Below, in pieces: positions 63,891-64,000 of a stretch of DNA of 64,000 bases. This stretch comes from Anthoceros angustus (taxonomy: Eukaryota > Plantae > Anthocerotophyta): assembly GCA_010909165.1 (NCBI GenBank), contig VJWM01000044.1, positions 620,001 through 684,000 of the forward strand, written 5' to 3'. Position 1 is the stretch's first letter; each line of letters opens with the position of its first letter. Position numbers and translations under genes: made by a program. The notes under the pieces were generated by a model, which searched no databases, had not been told where the DNA came from, and was given only the letters and a program-made list of their open reading frames with translations.

Positions 63891-64000
63891 CTGCTGGGCA
63901 GCTGCCTGCTTCAAAATGTGCACGTGCACGTATGCCGTCCTGGAAGAAATATTTTGGCAGTTGTTACCGGTTAGCGTGGTAGATGCCACTTGCAACACCA

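Overview
Plant nuclear DNA (spliceosomal GT-AG introns, Ty1/copia, CACTA-like and CRE-like transposons), apparently from a noisy long-read assembly with many small indels. The window is a tandem array. Three minus-strand, three-exon pectin methylesterase (PME, type II, no PMEI pro-domain) genes start at 2252, 34249 and 63435. They are separated by two copies of the same ~29-32 kb block of nested transposons (unit 1 ~646-32634, unit 2 ~32635-61817). The middle PME has the coding sequence, introns and 3' flank of the right-hand paralog but the upstream region of the left-hand paralog. The switch maps to ~17 bp at the start codon, as expected from unequal crossover or an assembly misjoin. Each TE block holds a CRE-type RLE LINE with a doubled C-terminal zinc-knuckle/endonuclease and four copia families. 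Three of these have LTRs starting TA instead of TG, and two carry an antisense ORF between pol and the 3' LTR. Each block also has a non-autonomous CACTA-like element with GA-rich internal repeats. Finally, each has three relatives of an unclassified GC-rich element; the intact one is 3.8 kb, TG...CA-bounded, with a 5-bp TSD, no paired LTRs and a coiled-coil-like ORF. No prokaryotic systems, rRNA, tRNA or CRISPR arrays were seen.
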